DNA of 64,000 nucleotides from contig JAQXIO010000062.1 in the NCBI GenBank assembly GCA_029007825.1, positions 1,252 through 65,251 of the forward strand. The letters run 5' to 3'. The stretch comes from Bacteroidales bacterium. Lineage in GTDB: Bacteria; Bacteroidota; Bacteroidia; Bacteroidales; JAQXIO01. The translations under genes were made by a program, and so were the position numbers. The first letter of the stretch is position 1; each line of letters opens with the position of its first letter. Below are positions 46,129-57,609 of the stretch, one piece after another. Below the pieces are notes generated by a model. That model worked only from the letters and a program-made list of their open reading frames with translations, was not told the origin of the DNA and made no database searches.

Positions 46129-47471
46129 TATAAACGAGCTCTGATGGCCTGGCTTTCTTTTTCGTATCCCGGTTTGTTGAGCAGTGCGAACATATTTTTC
46201 TTATATGCTTCCACTCCCGGTTGGTTGAAGGGGTTTACGCCCAGTAGGTAGCCGCTTATACCGCAAGCTTTTTCAAAGAAGTAGAGTAGTTGTCCGATAC
46301 AGAATTCCGAAAGTTCGGGGATTTGTACTTGTATGTTGGGTACTCCGCCGTCAACGTGTGCCAATTGTGTGCCGAGCTCAGCCATTTTATTCACTTCGTC
46401 GACGCGTTTCCCGGCGAGGAAGTTGAGTCCGTCGAGGTTGTCGCTGTCGGTGGGTACTTCTACTTTATATGTCGGTTTTTCTACAGAGAGGACGGTTTCG
46501 AATATGGAGCGTTCGCCTTCCTGTATCCATTGTCCCATAGAGTGCAGGTCGGTCGTGAAGTCAACGGCTGCATTGAAGATTCCTTTGTTTTCTTTTCCTT
46601 CGCTTTCTCCGTAGAGTTGTTTCCACCATTCGCCGATGAAGTGGAGCTTGGGGTTGAAGTTTGCGAGTATTTCGATTTTTTTGCCTGCTTTGTAGAGTTC
46701 GTTGCGTACTATTGCGTATTGTGCGGATATATTGCTTTCGAAGGGTACGTTTTCAGATGTTGCGGCTTCCATAGATACTGCTCCGGAGATGAGTTCGCGG
46801 ATGCTGATTCCGGCAACTGCGATGGGAAGAAGCCCTACTGGTGTGAGAACGGAGAAGCGTCCTCCTACGTTATCGGGAATTACGAATGTTTTATATCCTT
46901 CTTGTGTAGCGAGTGTACGGAGTGCTCCTTTTTCTGCGTCGGTCACTGCTACGATGCGTGTACGTGCTTCTTCTTTTCCTACGGCTGTTTCGAGCTGTTT
47001 TTTAAGGATGCGGAATGCGAGTGCGGGTTCGGTCGTGGTTCCCGATTTCGAGATGTTGATGATTCCGAATTGTTTTCCGTTGAGGAATGAGGTGAGCTCA
47101 AATAGGTAGTCTTCGCCGATGTTTTGTCCTGCATAGACGATTACGGGATTTTTACGGTCGCGCTGCAACCAGTCGAATGCGTTCGAGAGGGCATCGATGA
47201 CTGCTTTTGCCCCGAGGTAGCTTCCGCCGATACCGACTACTACCACTACTTCGCATTTGTTACGGAGTGTTTGGGCTGTTTGTTCGATTTCTTCGATTTG
47301 TTCAGCCGTGATGGAGGAGGGGAGTTGCAACCATCCGAGGAAGTCGTTTCCTTTTCCTGTTCCGTTGTGTAAGGCTTTAATGCATTCTATTGCTTTTTCT
47401 TTCTGTGCTTCTACCTGCGCCTTGGTGATTACGCCGTAGGCTTTTTCTACGTTGAGCTTGATTGTTTTCAT
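46128..47471 (-). CDS. pgi: glucose-6-phosphate isomerase
   Basis: 447 aa with [29 protein letters not shown] and ESEGK motifs. Confidence 0.93.
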   Translation of the reverse strand: MKTIKLNVEKAYGVITKAQVEAQKEKAIECIKALHNGTGKGNDFLGWLQLPSSITAEQIEEIEQTAQTLRNKCEVVVVVGIGGSYLGAKAVIDALSNAFDWLQRDRKNPVIVYAGQNIGEDYLFELTSFLNGKQFGIINISKSGTTTEPALAFRILKKQLETAVGKEEARTRIVAVTDAEKGALRTLATQEGYKTFVIPDNVGGRFSVLTPVGLLPIAVAGISIRELISGAVSMEAATSENVPFESNISAQYAIVRNELYKAGKKIEILANFNPKLHFIGEWWKQLYGESEGKENKGIFNAAVDFTTDLHSMGQWIQEGERSIFETVLSVEKPTYKVEVPTDSDNLDGLNFLAGKRVDEVNKMAELGTQLAHVDGGVPNIQVQIPELSEFCIGQLLYFFEKACGISGYLLGVNPFNQPGVEAYKKNMFALLNKPGYEKESQAIRARL

Positions 47472-47505
47472 CTTTGAGTTGCTTTATTTTATATAGTACT
47501 TTAGA

Positions 47506-48501
47506 CTAGTTGAATTTTTTTGTTAAATTGCGAATAATTGCCTGAGCCGATCTTTTTTCGTAAAGGATTTTGTAGATGGCTTCAACGATGGGCATGTCTG
47601 CCTGGTATGTTTCGTTGATTTCTTTTATACATTTCGTGCCGTAGTATCCTTCGGCTACCATTTCGAGTTCCATTAAGACGCTTTTTACGGAGTATCCTTT
47701 TCCGATCATGGTGCCGAACGTGTGGTTGCGGCTGAATTGTGAGTAGGCGGTTACGAGCAGGTCGCCCAAGTAGGCCGACCGGTCGATATCTCTTGAGATG
47801 GGTTGTGCTGTGTCGAGGAATCTCCGCATTTCGCGTATTGCGTTTGAAACGAGTACTGCCTGGAAGTTGTCTCCGTATTTGAGTCCGTGACATATTCCGG
47901 CGGCGATTGCGTATATATTTTTCAGTACTGCTCCGAGTTCAATACCTACAATGTCGTTGCTGACGGATGTCAGTACGAAGGGGGTGTTGAGCTGGGAGGC
48001 TATGATTTCCGCATTTTCTTCGTCACGACAGGCTACAGTGAGGTAGGAGAGGCGTTCAAGCGCTACTTCTTCGGCATGAGAGGGCCCTCCGATGACTGCA
48101 ATGTTTTCGGTGGGAACGTTGTATATCTGATTGAAGTATTCGGATATTACGAGGTTTTCTTCGGGTACGATTCCTTTGATTGCCGAGATCACAAATTTAT
48201 CGTTGAGCTTAACCGTCAGTTTTTTCAGATGTTCTTTGAAATAGGGAGACGGGGTTGCGAATATGAGCGTGTCGGAGTGTGATACTACTTCATCGAGGGA
48301 GGAGAAAAACCGGATGCGGCTGGTATCGAATGTTACACTGCTGAGATAGGCGGGGTTGTGACCGAGTGTCTTGAATTCTTCGATACGGTCTTCCCGGCGC
48401 ATGTACCAATTTATTTCTTTGCAGTTGCAAAGGACGATCTTGGCCAATGCGGTAGCCCAGCTTCCGCCACCGATAACCGCTACTTTTCCGGGTAATTCCA
48501 T
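47506..48501 (-). CDS. gpsA: NAD(P)H-dependent glycerol-3-phosphate dehydrogenase
   Basis: KVAVIGGGSWATALA Rossmann motif and a family-typical C-terminal half. The start is placed at MELPGK to avoid overlap with the lysS stop. Confidence 0.9.
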   Translation of the reverse strand: MELPGKVAVIGGGSWATALAKIVLCNCKEINWYMRREDRIEEFKTLGHNPAYLSSVTFDTSRIRFFSSLDEVVSHSDTLIFATPSPYFKEHLKKLTVKLNDKFVISAIKGIVPEENLVISEYFNQIYNVPTENIAVIGGPSHAEEVALERLSYLTVACRDEENAEIIASQLNTPFVLTSVSNDIVGIELGAVLKNIYAIAAGICHGLKYGDNFQAVLVSNAIREMRRFLDTAQPISRDIDRSAYLGDLLVTAYSQFSRNHTFGTMIGKGYSVKSVLMELEMVAEGYYGTKCIKEINETYQADMPIVEAIYKILYEKRSAQAIIRNLTKKFN

Positions 48502-48505
48502 CGTG

Positions 48506-50239
48506 TTAATTTTTAGCGGCTCCGGCAATCCATTTTTCCACTTCTTCTGCCGTGGGGTTTGCCAGTTCCAGTTTGTATTTTTTATTTATTTCGCAGAGTT
48601 CCTGTCTGATTTTATTTGCATTGCCTCCGTCGAGCATATCGACGGTAAGGTATCCGGCTTTCTGCAGGGGTGCTACCCAATCGCCGGGTATGCCGATTGC
48701 TTCATATTTTTCCTTTGCGTCGCGTTTTTGCGTTTTTTCGGGACGCATCTGCGGGAAGAAGAGAACTTCTTGTATGGTGGTTTGTCCTGTCAGTAGCATG
48801 ACGAGACGGTCCATACCAATACCCATTCCGGATGTAGGGGGCATTCCGTATTCGAGTGCCCGTAGGAAATCGTTGTCGATGTACATGGCCTCGTCGTCTC
48901 CTTTTTCAGAAAGGCGGAGTTGTTCTTCGAAGCGTTCGCGTTGGTCGATGGGGTCGTTTAGTTCGGAATATGCGTTTGCCAATTCTTTTCCGTTTACCAT
49001 GAGTTCGAAGCGTTCGGTAAGTTCGGGATTGGAACGGTGCCGTTTTGTCAGCGGGGACATTTCGATGGGGTAGTCGATGATGAATGTGGGTTGTATGTAG
49101 TTTCCTTCACATTTTTCACCGAATATTTCGTCGATGAGTTTTCCTTTACCCATCGTTTCGTCTTGTTCGACGCCCAGTTGTTTGCATACTTCACGCAGTT
49201 GCACTTCGTTCATTCCGGATATGTCGATGCCGGTATGTTCTTTAATGGCGTCTATCATTGTAACGCGCTTAAAGGGGGCTTTGAAACTTATGGTGTTTTC
49301 GCCTATCTTCACATCGGTCGTTCCTAATACCTGCATACAGATGTATTCGAGCATTTGCTCGGTAAATTTCATCATCCAGTTGTAGTCTTTGTAGGCTACA
49401 TAGATTTCCATGGCGGTGAACTCGGGATTGTGTGTCCTGTCCATTCCTTCATTCCTGAAGTTACGAGAGAATTCATAGACGCCTTCAAATCCTCCTACGA
49501 TGAGTCTTTTGAGGTAGAGCTCATTGGCAATACGGAGATAGAGGGGTATGTCGAGTGCGTTGTGGTGCGTGATGAACGGTCTTGCGGCTGCTCCACCGGG
49601 TATGGATTGCAATACGGGGGTATCTACTTCGAGGTATCCTTTTTCGTTGAAAAAGGTTCGCATTGCGTTAAAGATTTTCGTGCGTTTGACAAAGATGTCT
49701 TTTATTCCGTCGTTTACGACGAGATCGACGTAGCGCTGGCGGTAACGTAGTTCGGGGTCGTTGAATGCGTCGTAGGCTACGCCGTCTTTCATTTTTACAA
49801 CGGGCAGGGGACGCAACGATTTCGAGAGTACGGTCAGGGAGCGTGCGTGGATGGAAATTTCTCCTGTCTGGGTACGGAATACTTCGCCTTGTATGCCGAC
49901 ATAGTCGCCGATGTCGAGAAGTTTCTTAAATACTACGTTGTATAGGTCTTTGTTTTCGCCGGGACATAGGTCGTCACGGTTTACGTATATCTGTATTCTT
50001 CCTTCGGAATCCTGCAGTTCCAGGAATGAGGCTTTACCCATAATCCGGCGGCTCATGATTCTGCCTGCCACGGAGACTTTTCGCAGGGGTGCTTCGTCGT
50101 TAAAATCTTTTTTGATTTCCGCAGAAAATGCATCGGTGGGATATTCTGCTGCGGGATAGGGGTCTATTCCCAATCTTTTCAGTTCTTCCAAACTGTTACG
50201 GCGAATTATTTCCTGTTCGCTTAAGTCTAATAAGTTCAT
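48506..50239 (-). CDS. lysS: lysine--tRNA ligase (class II) with C-terminal extension
   Basis: OB-fold N-terminal domain, class II motifs ([16 protein letters not shown]), and a ~70-aa tail as commonly seen in Bacteroidota. Confidence 0.95.
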   Translation of the reverse strand: MNLLDLSEQEIIRRNSLEELKRLGIDPYPAAEYPTDAFSAEIKKDFNDEAPLRKVSVAGRIMSRRIMGKASFLELQDSEGRIQIYVNRDDLCPGENKDLYNVVFKKLLDIGDYVGIQGEVFRTQTGEISIHARSLTVLSKSLRPLPVVKMKDGVAYDAFNDPELRYRQRYVDLVVNDGIKDIFVKRTKIFNAMRTFFNEKGYLEVDTPVLQSIPGGAAARPFITHHNALDIPLYLRIANELYLKRLIVGGFEGVYEFSRNFRNEGMDRTHNPEFTAMEIYVAYKDYNWMMKFTEQMLEYICMQVLGTTDVKIGENTISFKAPFKRVTMIDAIKEHTGIDISGMNEVQLREVCKQLGVEQDETMGKGKLIDEIFGEKCEGNYIQPTFIIDYPIEMSPLTKRHRSNPELTERFELMVNGKELANAYSELNDPIDQRERFEEQLRLSEKGDDEAMYIDNDFLRALEYGMPPTSGMGIGMDRLVMLLTGQTTIQEVLFFPQMRPEKTQKRDAKEKYEAIGIPGDWVAPLQKAGYLTVDMLDGGNANKIRQELCEINKKYKLELANPTAEEVEKWIAGAAKN

Positions 50240-50280
50240 CCTTTGTCGTTATTGATTTTTTGACAACAAAGGTACAAATT

Positions 50281-50859
50281 TCATTCTAAAGTGCAAGAAT
50301 CCTTCCAAAACTGATATACTCCCGCAGGAAGAAAAAAACGCAGGTCTTTTCCCTGACTGAGTGCGTCACGGAGCATAGTGGAGGATATTTCGACGAGGGG
50401 TGCGCCGACGTACCGGACGTTATCGGGCAGTGCGGTGTTATCGGGGACGGGATGTTCTTTTCTCGGGTATATGATAAGTCCGAATTCTTTTATGATGTCT
50501 GCGGCGGATTTCCAGCGAGGGAACGACTGCCAGTTGTCGGAACCGATGATGAGGGTAAAGTCTCTTTCCGGGTAGCGTTCTTTCAGGTTACGCAGCGTCC
50601 GGATGGTATAGGTGGGTTTCGGCATGGAAAATTCAAAATCGGAGACTTTGAATTTCGGATAGCCGTTTATCGCTATTCTTACCATTTCGAGGCGCAGCGA
50701 ATCATCGATCAGCATGGCGGGGTCTTTCATCGGGTTGTGGGGTGTCACTACAAACCAGATTTCTTCGAGCTCGGTATATTCGCAGAGGTAGTTCGCAAGG
50801 GCCAGGTGGCCGATGTGTACGGGATTGAACGAGCCTGAGAATATTCCGGTTTTTATCAT
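50281..50859 (-). CDS. nadD: nicotinate-nucleotide adenylyltransferase
   Basis: GIFSGSFNPVHIGHL (H-x-G-H) and an ISST-type motif (EISSTMLR). Confidence 0.9.
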   Translation of the reverse strand: MIKTGIFSGSFNPVHIGHLALANYLCEYTELEEIWFVVTPHNPMKDPAMLIDDSLRLEMVRIAINGYPKFKVSDFEFSMPKPTYTIRTLRNLKERYPERDFTLIIGSDNWQSFPRWKSAADIIKEFGLIIYPRKEHPVPDNTALPDNVRYVGAPLVEISSTMLRDALSQGKDLRFFLPAGVYQFWKDSCTLE

Positions 50860-51425
50860 GCGATGCCTAAGAATTTTTTGATGGTTTCGAGTGCTTCACG
50901 GCGGGCTGTTTCGAGGTCGTCGTTGATGATGACTTTGTCGAACCGGGGTGCGAAGGAGAGTTCGAATCCTGCTTTTTCCAGACGTTTTTCGATTACTTCG
51001 GGCGTGTCGGTTCCGCGTCCTTCGAGACGCCGGCGCAGTTCTTCAATTCCGGGGGGCTGGATAAAGACGGAGAGGGCTCTGCCGTCGTAGTGTCGTTTGA
51101 TGTTGCAGCCTCCTACGACATCGACATCAAGTATGACGTTTTCTCCTTTTTCGAGGCGGTTATCGACTTCTTTTTTCAGTGTTCCGTAAAAGCGTCCGGG
51201 GTATACTTCTTCGTATTCGAGAAACTCTCCGCCGGCTATGCCTTTCCTGAATTCTTCGGGGGTAAGGAAATAGTATTCGACCCCGTTCTTTTCTTTCCCG
51301 CGGGGAGGACGGCTCGTAGCGGATACCGAGAATTTCAGGTTGAGGTTCTGTGTCAGCAAGTAGTTGACGATGGTCGATTTTCCGGAACCGGAGGGGGCGG
51401 AAAATATGATGAGTTTTCCTTTCAT
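50856..51425 (-). CDS. gmk: guanylate kinase
   Basis: P-loop SAPSGSGKST and SATSRPPR.GE..G.EY. Confidence 0.93.
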   Translation of the reverse strand: MKGKLIIFSAPSGSGKSTIVNYLLTQNLNLKFSVSATSRPPRGKEKNGVEYYFLTPEEFRKGIAGGEFLEYEEVYPGRFYGTLKKEVDNRLEKGENVILDVDVVGGCNIKRHYDGRALSVFIQPPGIEELRRRLEGRGTDTPEVIEKRLEKAGFELSFAPRFDKVIINDDLETARREALETIKKFLGIA

Positions 51426-51430
51426 GGGTA

Positions 51431-52303
51431 TTACAGGACGTTGAGGATTTGTTCTTTGATTTGCTCGAGGTTGTCTTTCATCAATACTACTATTTTCTGT
51501 AGTTCGACGTGGTTCGATTTGGAGCCGAGCGTATTGATTTCGCGTCCGATTTCCTGCGTTATGAAGCCTAATTTCTTACCTTGTCCATTGCCTTTTTGTA
51601 ATGTTTCGAGGAAGTAATGGAGGTGGTTTTTCAAGCGGCTTTTTTCTTCGTTTATGTCGAGTTTTTCGATATAATAAATCATTTCTTGTTCGAAGCGGTT
51701 TTTGTCGTAGTCGGTTTGGCTGACTGCTGCGAGCGCTTCTTCTATCCGACCTTTTATCTTGTCTATGCGTTCCGTTTCATATTGGGCTACTTGTTCCAGC
51801 AGTTCTCCTATGGCGGCAATGCGTTTTGTCAGGAAACTTTCGAGCATTTTTCCTTCTTGTTTGCGAAAGGCTTGCAGATGGTCGATGGCTTCGCCGATTC
51901 CTTTTTTTATGTCGTTCCATTCTTCATCGCCGAGTTCGGCTATTTCGGTCTTTACTGCGTCCGGAAGTCTGAGCAGTACAGAGAACCAGTCGGGGGGAGT
52001 CTCTACTCCCAGTGTGCCGGAAAGCGTTTCTATTTGTTGCTTGTATGCCAGAATAACGGGTTGATTGAGTGTGGTAGGTGCTATGGCGCCTGTATTTTCC
52101 ACAAAGATGGAGAGGTCGATTTTTCCACGTTCAAGTTGTTGCCCGAGCATGCTTCTGATATCCATTTCTTTTTCCCGCAGGTAAGAGGGTATGCGGGCGG
52201 ACAGGTCCATTTGTTTACTGTTGAGGGATTTAATTTCAATCGTAATTTTTTTTGTAGGGAGTTCGACGATTGCTTTGCCGAATCCTGTCATTGATTGTAT
52301 CAT
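51431..52303 (-). CDS. yicC: YicC/YloC-family stress-induced protein
   Basis: N-terminal MIQSMTGFGKA and a C-terminal EIGREINTLGSKSN motif. The start is placed at the conserved MIQSMTGFG. Confidence 0.85.
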   Translation of the reverse strand: MIQSMTGFGKAIVELPTKKITIEIKSLNSKQMDLSARIPSYLREKEMDIRSMLGQQLERGKIDLSIFVENTGAIAPTTLNQPVILAYKQQIETLSGTLGVETPPDWFSVLLRLPDAVKTEIAELGDEEWNDIKKGIGEAIDHLQAFRKQEGKMLESFLTKRIAAIGELLEQVAQYETERIDKIKGRIEEALAAVSQTDYDKNRFEQEMIYYIEKLDINEEKSRLKNHLHYFLETLQKGNGQGKKLGFITQEIGREINTLGSKSNHVELQKIVVLMKDNLEQIKEQILNVL

Positions 52304-52401
52304 GGCTTCCGTTCTTTTTGACAGCAAAGTTACTTTTTTATTCCTAAGTGCCGAAAGTCTCTCTCTAAAATTGTACATTTGCAGAATTAATAGATGGAAA
52401 G

Positions 52402-53103
52402 ATGGCTTGTATTTTACATATAGAGACTTCTACGACGGTTTGTTCGGTGGCTTTATCGCTGGACGGTAACCTGCTGTTCGATCGGGTGCACAGGGAGGGG
52501 CCTTCGCATGCTGCGGTTCTTGCTCCTTTTGTCGAAGAGGGGCTGGCTTATCTTCGTTCCGAGGGGCTTCATTTGGATGCGGTTGCGGTGAGCAGCGGCC
52601 CGGGTTCTTATACGGGGCTGCGCATCGGCGTTTCGACTGCAAAGGGGCTTTGTTATGCACTGGATGTTCCTTTGATAGCAATCGGTACGCTCGAGGTCAT
52701 GGCGTCACAAGCCGTGGATGCGGGCTTGTGCGGAGAGGGGGATTTGCTTTGCCCTATGATCGATGCGCGCCGTATGGAGGTTTATGCTGCGGTGTACGAT
52801 ACGAAGCTGCAACCGGTACGGATTACTCAGGCGGATATCGTAGACGAAGCGACTTATCTTCCTTATTTAGAAGGGGGACGAGTGTTGTTTTTCGGTAACG
52901 GTGCTCCAAAGTGCCGGACGTCTATCGGGCATGCTCATGCTGTCTTTGCAGAGGGTATAGAGCCTTTGGCGTCTTCTATGATTGCACTTGCAGAGAGGGC
53001 GTGGATGGAGAAGAGATTTGAAGATGTGGCTTATTTCGAGCCTTTTTATTTAAAGGAGTTCGTTGCCACGCAGGCTAAGAATAAAGTATTAACACCGCAA
53101 TAG
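52402..53103 (+). CDS. tsaB: tRNA t6A biosynthesis protein TsaB
   Basis: ILHIETSTTVCSVAL and GPGSYTGLRIGVSTAKGL. Confidence 0.85.
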   Translation: MACILHIETSTTVCSVALSLDGNLLFDRVHREGPSHAAVLAPFVEEGLAYLRSEGLHLDAVAVSSGPGSYTGLRIGVSTAKGLCYALDVPLIAIGTLEVMASQAVDAGLCGEGDLLCPMIDARRMEVYAAVYDTKLQPVRITQADIVDEATYLPYLEGGRVLFFGNGAPKCRTSIGHAHAVFAEGIEPLASSMIALAERAWMEKRFEDVAYFEPFYLKEFVATQAKNKVLTPQ

Positions 53104-53113
53104 AATATTTGCA

Positions 53114-53707
53114 ATGCAATACAACACACAAGAAAAGAGGCTTCGCTTGCCGGAGTACGGAAGGATTATCCAGGATATGGTAGATTACTGTAAGACGGTG
53201 CCGGAAAGGGACGAACGGCAGCGTTGCGCAGCTACGATTATCAATATTATGGGGAATATGTTTCCTCACCTCAGGGATATAAACGATTTCAAACATATTC
53301 TTTGGGATCATCTGGCAATTATGGCCGATTTTGAATTGGATATAGATTATCCTTACGAGATATTGAAGAAGGAGAATCTTTATGCAAAGCCGGAGCGTTT
53401 GCCGTACGATTCGGGTAAATCGCGTTTTAAGCATTATGGTAAGTATGTAGAGGAGATGATCCGGGTGGCTTCGCATATGGAAGAGGGTGAGGAGCGCGAT
53501 GCGCTTGTTTCGATGCTTGCGAATCATATGAAGAAGCTTTTTCTGAACTGGAACAAGGAGTATGTAGACGATAAAAAGATTCTGGACGATTTGGCGGAAT
53601 TATCTAACGGTGCTATCGTATTGACCGAGGATCAGATCAAGCTGCGCGAGTCAAAGGATATACTTGGCAAGAAGCGTCCGGCGAATAATAACCGGAAGCA
53701 GAAATAA
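53114..53707 (+). CDS. DUF4290-like protein
   Basis: YNTQEKRLRLPEYGRIIQDMV start and a position directly upstream of murA, as in many Bacteroidota. Family recalled from memory. Confidence 0.6.
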   Translation: MQYNTQEKRLRLPEYGRIIQDMVDYCKTVPERDERQRCAATIINIMGNMFPHLRDINDFKHILWDHLAIMADFELDIDYPYEILKKENLYAKPERLPYDSGKSRFKHYGKYVEEMIRVASHMEEGEERDALVSMLANHMKKLFLNWNKEYVDDKKILDDLAELSNGAIVLTEDQIKLRESKDILGKKRPANNNRKQK

Positions 53708-53718
53708 ACGAAGGGATT

Positions 53719-55023
53719 ATGGCATCTTTTTTAATCGAGGGCGGATATAAACTGAACGGTGAGATTACACCGCAGGGTGCTAAAAACGAGGCGCTCCAGA
53801 TTATCTGTGCCACTATGCTGACACAGGAGACGGTGACTGTACACAATGTGCCGGATATTCTGGATGTCAATAATCTTATTCAGCTTTTACGTGAAATGGG
53901 CGTAAAGGTGGAGCGTATCGCTCCGAACAGTTATACGTTCAAAGCGGGGCAGATTGACCTGGATTATTTAGAGACGGAGGCTTATTTTAACAAGAGTGCG
54001 TCTTTGCGGGGATCGGTAATGCTTGTGGGGCCGTTGTTGGCGCGTTACGGTAAGGCGTTGATGCCGAAGCCTGGCGGCGATAAGATCGGGCGCCGGCGTC
54101 TGGACACTCATTTTGTAGGTATTCAGCGGTTGGGTGCCGAGTTCGAATACGATGCGGTTTGCCAGGTGTACAGGATTTCGGCCAAGCAGATGCGGGGTAC
54201 TTATATGCTGCTGGACGAGGCTTCTGTTACGGGAACGGCGAATATCGTGATGGCGGCTGTTCTTGCGAAAGGTGTTACGACGATTTACAATGCTGCCTGT
54301 GAACCTTATCTGCAACAGTTGTGCAAGATGTTGGTTTCTATGGGTGCGCGTATTTCGGGTATCGGTTCAAATCTGCTTACTATCGAAGGGGTGGATTGCC
54401 TCGGGGGATGTGAGCATACATTGCTGCCTGATATGATCGAGATCGGGAGTTTTATCGGTCTTGCAGCCATGACTGCTTCGGATATAACCATAAAGCATGC
54501 GTCTCTTCCCAATTTGGGCCTTATTCCGGAGGCTTTCCGCCGTCTAGGAATTTGCATCGAAGAGCGGGGCGATGATCTTCATATTCCTTCGCAGGAGCAT
54601 TATGAGATCGATACGTTTATGGACGGTTCGATTATGACGATTGCGGATGCTCCGTGGCCGGGACTGACTCCTGACCTTTTGAGTGTCTTTCTTGTCGTGG
54701 CTACGCAGGCGAAGGGGAGCGTGCTGATTCACCAGAAGATGTTCGAGAGCCGTCTTTTCTTTGTTGATAAGCTGATCGATATGGGTGCACAGATTATTCT
54801 TTGCGACCCGCACAGGGCTACGGTGATCGGTCTCGACCGCCGTTATCCGTTACGGGCTTCTACGATGGTTTCTCCCGATATCCGCGCCGGTATCGCGTTG
54901 CTTATCGCGGCAATGAGCGCCGAGGGTGCCAGTTGTATACAGAATATCGATCAGATCGACAGGGGGTATGACAATATCGACCGCCGTCTGAATCAATTGG
55001 GTGCCAGAATTTCCAGATTATGA
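53719..55023 (+). CDS. murA: UDP-N-acetylglucosamine 1-carboxyvinyltransferase
   Basis: 434 aa with the EPSP/MurA fold pattern (GAKNEALQI, PGGDKIGRRRLDTH, ...). Confidence 0.95.
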   Translation: MASFLIEGGYKLNGEITPQGAKNEALQIICATMLTQETVTVHNVPDILDVNNLIQLLREMGVKVERIAPNSYTFKAGQIDLDYLETEAYFNKSASLRGSVMLVGPLLARYGKALMPKPGGDKIGRRRLDTHFVGIQRLGAEFEYDAVCQVYRISAKQMRGTYMLLDEASVTGTANIVMAAVLAKGVTTIYNAACEPYLQQLCKMLVSMGARISGIGSNLLTIEGVDCLGGCEHTLLPDMIEIGSFIGLAAMTASDITIKHASLPNLGLIPEAFRRLGICIEERGDDLHIPSQEHYEIDTFMDGSIMTIADAPWPGLTPDLLSVFLVVATQAKGSVLIHQKMFESRLFFVDKLIDMGAQIILCDPHRATVIGLDRRYPLRASTMVSPDIRAGIALLIAAMSAEGASCIQNIDQIDRGYDNIDRRLNQLGARISRL

Positions 55024-55538
55024 TTACAGAGGACGAATTGCTGAAGGTAGGTTACTTGGTGAAGCCGCATGGTGTCAAAGGCGAGGTTTCCGCCCGTATC
55101 GAACAGGATGTGTTCGAAAACGAGACGCCTTATCTGGTTTGCGACATCGAGGGGATTTACGTACCTTTTTTCATGGAGTCGTTCCGTTACAAGGGGGCAG
55201 AGTCTGCTCTGATAAAGTTCGAGGGGGTGAATAGCGAGCCTGCAGCAAAGAGATTTTCGGGAAAGACGTTGTTTTTTCCGCGCAAGTATTTGCCGGCTGA
55301 ATACTCGGAGCCTTTAACGTGGGACGATTATATCGGTTATATCGTCGAAGATGTGCATCAGGGTGTGCTCGGGAACTTAGTTTCGGTGGATGATTCTACA
55401 CTGAACCTGTTGTTGACGGTGGCTACGCCCCAAGGAGAAATACTCATTCCGGGGGCAGATGATTTTTTTGTCGATACGGATGATGAGGAACGCAAGATTA
55501 TCCTGACGCTGCCCGATGGGTTGCTGGATTTAAATTAG
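55020..55538 (+). CDS. rimM: ribosome maturation factor RimM
   Basis: KVGYLVKPHGVKGEV N-terminal barrel and a PRC-barrel C-terminal half. It overlaps murA by 4 nt. Confidence 0.85.
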   Translation: MITEDELLKVGYLVKPHGVKGEVSARIEQDVFENETPYLVCDIEGIYVPFFMESFRYKGAESALIKFEGVNSEPAAKRFSGKTLFFPRKYLPAEYSEPLTWDDYIGYIVEDVHQGVLGNLVSVDDSTLNLLLTVATPQGEILIPGADDFFVDTDDEERKIILTLPDGLLDLN

Positions 55539-55575
55539 GTTTGTATGCGGAAACGAACAATCTGAGAAGCGAGCA

Positions 55576-56430
55576 ATGAGAAAAGGAAGAGAGGGGTTCT
55601 CTTTTTGGAAGAGAATCCGATTTAAATATAAGATATCGGTATTTAACGAAAATACGCTGGAGGAGGTCTGGGGGCTACGCTTGTCGAAGTTGTCGGCTTT
55701 TATCCTGCTGTTCGTGTTTTCGTTATTTCTCGTTATCGTTACTTCCATTATTATTATAAAAACACCTATCCGTAATTATCTGCCGGGTTACCTGAACAGT
55801 GAGTTGCGGGAAAATATTATCCATAATGCTTTGATGCTGGATTCGCTCGAACAGGTGGCTGCCAGCCAGACAAATTACCTGAACCATATAGGTGCCGTAT
55901 TGCGGGGAGATATCAATATCGATTCCATCCGTCCGGTAGATTCGTTGGTTTGGTTAGAGTTCGATGCTATCCAGAAAAGTGAACGAGAGTCGCTTTTCGT
56001 AAAGAATTTCGAAGAGGAGGAGCGTTATAATCTTTCCGTTTTTCCGTCGGTGGCTCCTGCGGATAACGATTTGCTGCTTTTTTTCGTGAAGCCGGTGAAG
56101 GGAAATGTGGATTCGACACAGGTGAGCGGTTATGGTATAGATATTGCAGTTACATCCGAACAGCCTGTGGTTGCTTCGCAGGAAGGGACTGTGGTGTATG
56201 TGGGGTATGACGTGAATCGTAAATATGTGATGCAGATACAACATGAACTGGGTTTTTCGACTTTGTACACATTGCTTTCGTCTCCGTTGAAAAAGACGGG
56301 TGACCGGGTGGAAACGGGAGAGGCGATTGCGCTGATGCGAGGAGGTACGGAGAAGGTGCCTGTGGTTTTGCATTTCGAGATGTGGCAGAACGGGAATGCC
56401 CTTAATCCTGCCGCTTATATTGTCTTTTAA
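55576..56430 (+). CDS. M23-family peptidoglycan metalloendopeptidase
   Basis: N-terminal TM helix. LytM-type core GYGIDIAV...G.VVYVG...FSTLY..L......GD.V..GE.IA......HFEMW.NG...NP. Confidence 0.8.
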   Translation: MRKGREGFSFWKRIRFKYKISVFNENTLEEVWGLRLSKLSAFILLFVFSLFLVIVTSIIIIKTPIRNYLPGYLNSELRENIIHNALMLDSLEQVAASQTNYLNHIGAVLRGDINIDSIRPVDSLVWLEFDAIQKSERESLFVKNFEEEERYNLSVFPSVAPADNDLLLFFVKPVKGNVDSTQVSGYGIDIAVTSEQPVVASQEGTVVYVGYDVNRKYVMQIQHELGFSTLYTLLSSPLKKTGDRVETGEAIALMRGGTEKVPVVLHFEMWQNGNALNPAAYIVF

Positions 56431-56435
56431 GGGAT

Positions 56436-57587
56436 ATGAGAAAGAAACAGTTAGCTATATTAGGTTCGACCGGCTCGATAGGAACACAAACTTTAGAGGT
56501 AGTAAAGAGCAATCCCGACCATTTTGAGATCTATGCGCTGACAGCTAATAATAATTCGGACCTGCTGATCGAGCAGGCTCGTACTTTTTTACCTGAGGTG
56601 GTGGTTATCGCCAACGAGATGAAATATCCGGAGGTGAAAGAGGCTTTGGAGGATCTGCCTATCAAGGTATGGGCGGGTTCAGAGGCTATCGTGCAGGTGG
56701 TACAATTGCCGGATGTGGATATGGTTGTAACGGCAATGGTGGGGTATTCGGGTCTGAAGCCTACGATTGCTGCCATAAAGGCAGGAAAGGCTATTGCTTT
56801 AGCAAATAAGGAGACGTTGGTTGTTGCCGGGGAGCTTATTACGCGTTTAGCTATAGAGAATAAGGTGGCTGTTTTGCCTGTGGATTCGGAACATTCTGCG
56901 ATATTCCAATGTATTGTTGGGGAGAGTGCCGAATCGGTGGAAAAATTGATTCTAACCGCTTCGGGCGGGCCTTTCCGTACTTTTACGCCTGAGCAGCTGA
57001 AGTCGGTTACTTCGCGTCAGGCTCTATGCCATCCGAACTGGAAGATGGGGGCGAAGGTGACAATCGATTCGGCTTCACTGATGAATAAGGGCTTCGAGAT
57101 GATCGAGGCGAAGTGGCTTTTCGATATGGCACCGGAAAAGATCGAGGTGGTGGTGCATCCGCAATCGGTGATTCATTCGATGGTACAGTTCCGGGATGGT
57201 TCGGTAAAGGCTCAGTTGGGTTTGCCGGATATGAAGTTACCGATTCAGTATGCCTTGGCTTTTCCCGAGAGATTAAAAACGGTTTCGCCGCGGCTCGATT
57301 TCCGTATTTGTAATCAACTGACGTTTGAAGAACCCGACAAGGATCGTTTCCCGAACCTTGCTCTGGCTTACGAATCGATTTACAGGGGAGGGAATATGCC
57401 TTGTATTTTAAACGCGGCTAATGAGGTGGTTGTTGCCGCTTTTTTACGTGACAAGATTTCTTTTCTCGATATGAGTAAGGTGATTGAGGCTACTTTGCCG
57501 AGGATTTCGTTTATTCACCAGCCAACATACGACGATTATGTCGCTACGGATGTGGAGGCGCGTAATGTTGCATTATCATTTATATAG
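56436..57587 (+). CDS. dxr: 1-deoxy-D-xylulose-5-phosphate reductoisomerase
   Basis: LAILGSTGSIGTQTL, LANKETLV, DSEHSAIFQC and NWKMGAKVTIDSA. Confidence 0.95.
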   Translation: MRKKQLAILGSTGSIGTQTLEVVKSNPDHFEIYALTANNNSDLLIEQARTFLPEVVVIANEMKYPEVKEALEDLPIKVWAGSEAIVQVVQLPDVDMVVTAMVGYSGLKPTIAAIKAGKAIALANKETLVVAGELITRLAIENKVAVLPVDSEHSAIFQCIVGESAESVEKLILTASGGPFRTFTPEQLKSVTSRQALCHPNWKMGAKVTIDSASLMNKGFEMIEAKWLFDMAPEKIEVVVHPQSVIHSMVQFRDGSVKAQLGLPDMKLPIQYALAFPERLKTVSPRLDFRICNQLTFEEPDKDRFPNLALAYESIYRGGNMPCILNAANEVVVAAFLRDKISFLDMSKVIEATLPRISFIHQPTYDDYVATDVEARNVALSFI

Positions 57588-57609
57588 AAAATAAAAAAAG
57601 AGAAACAAT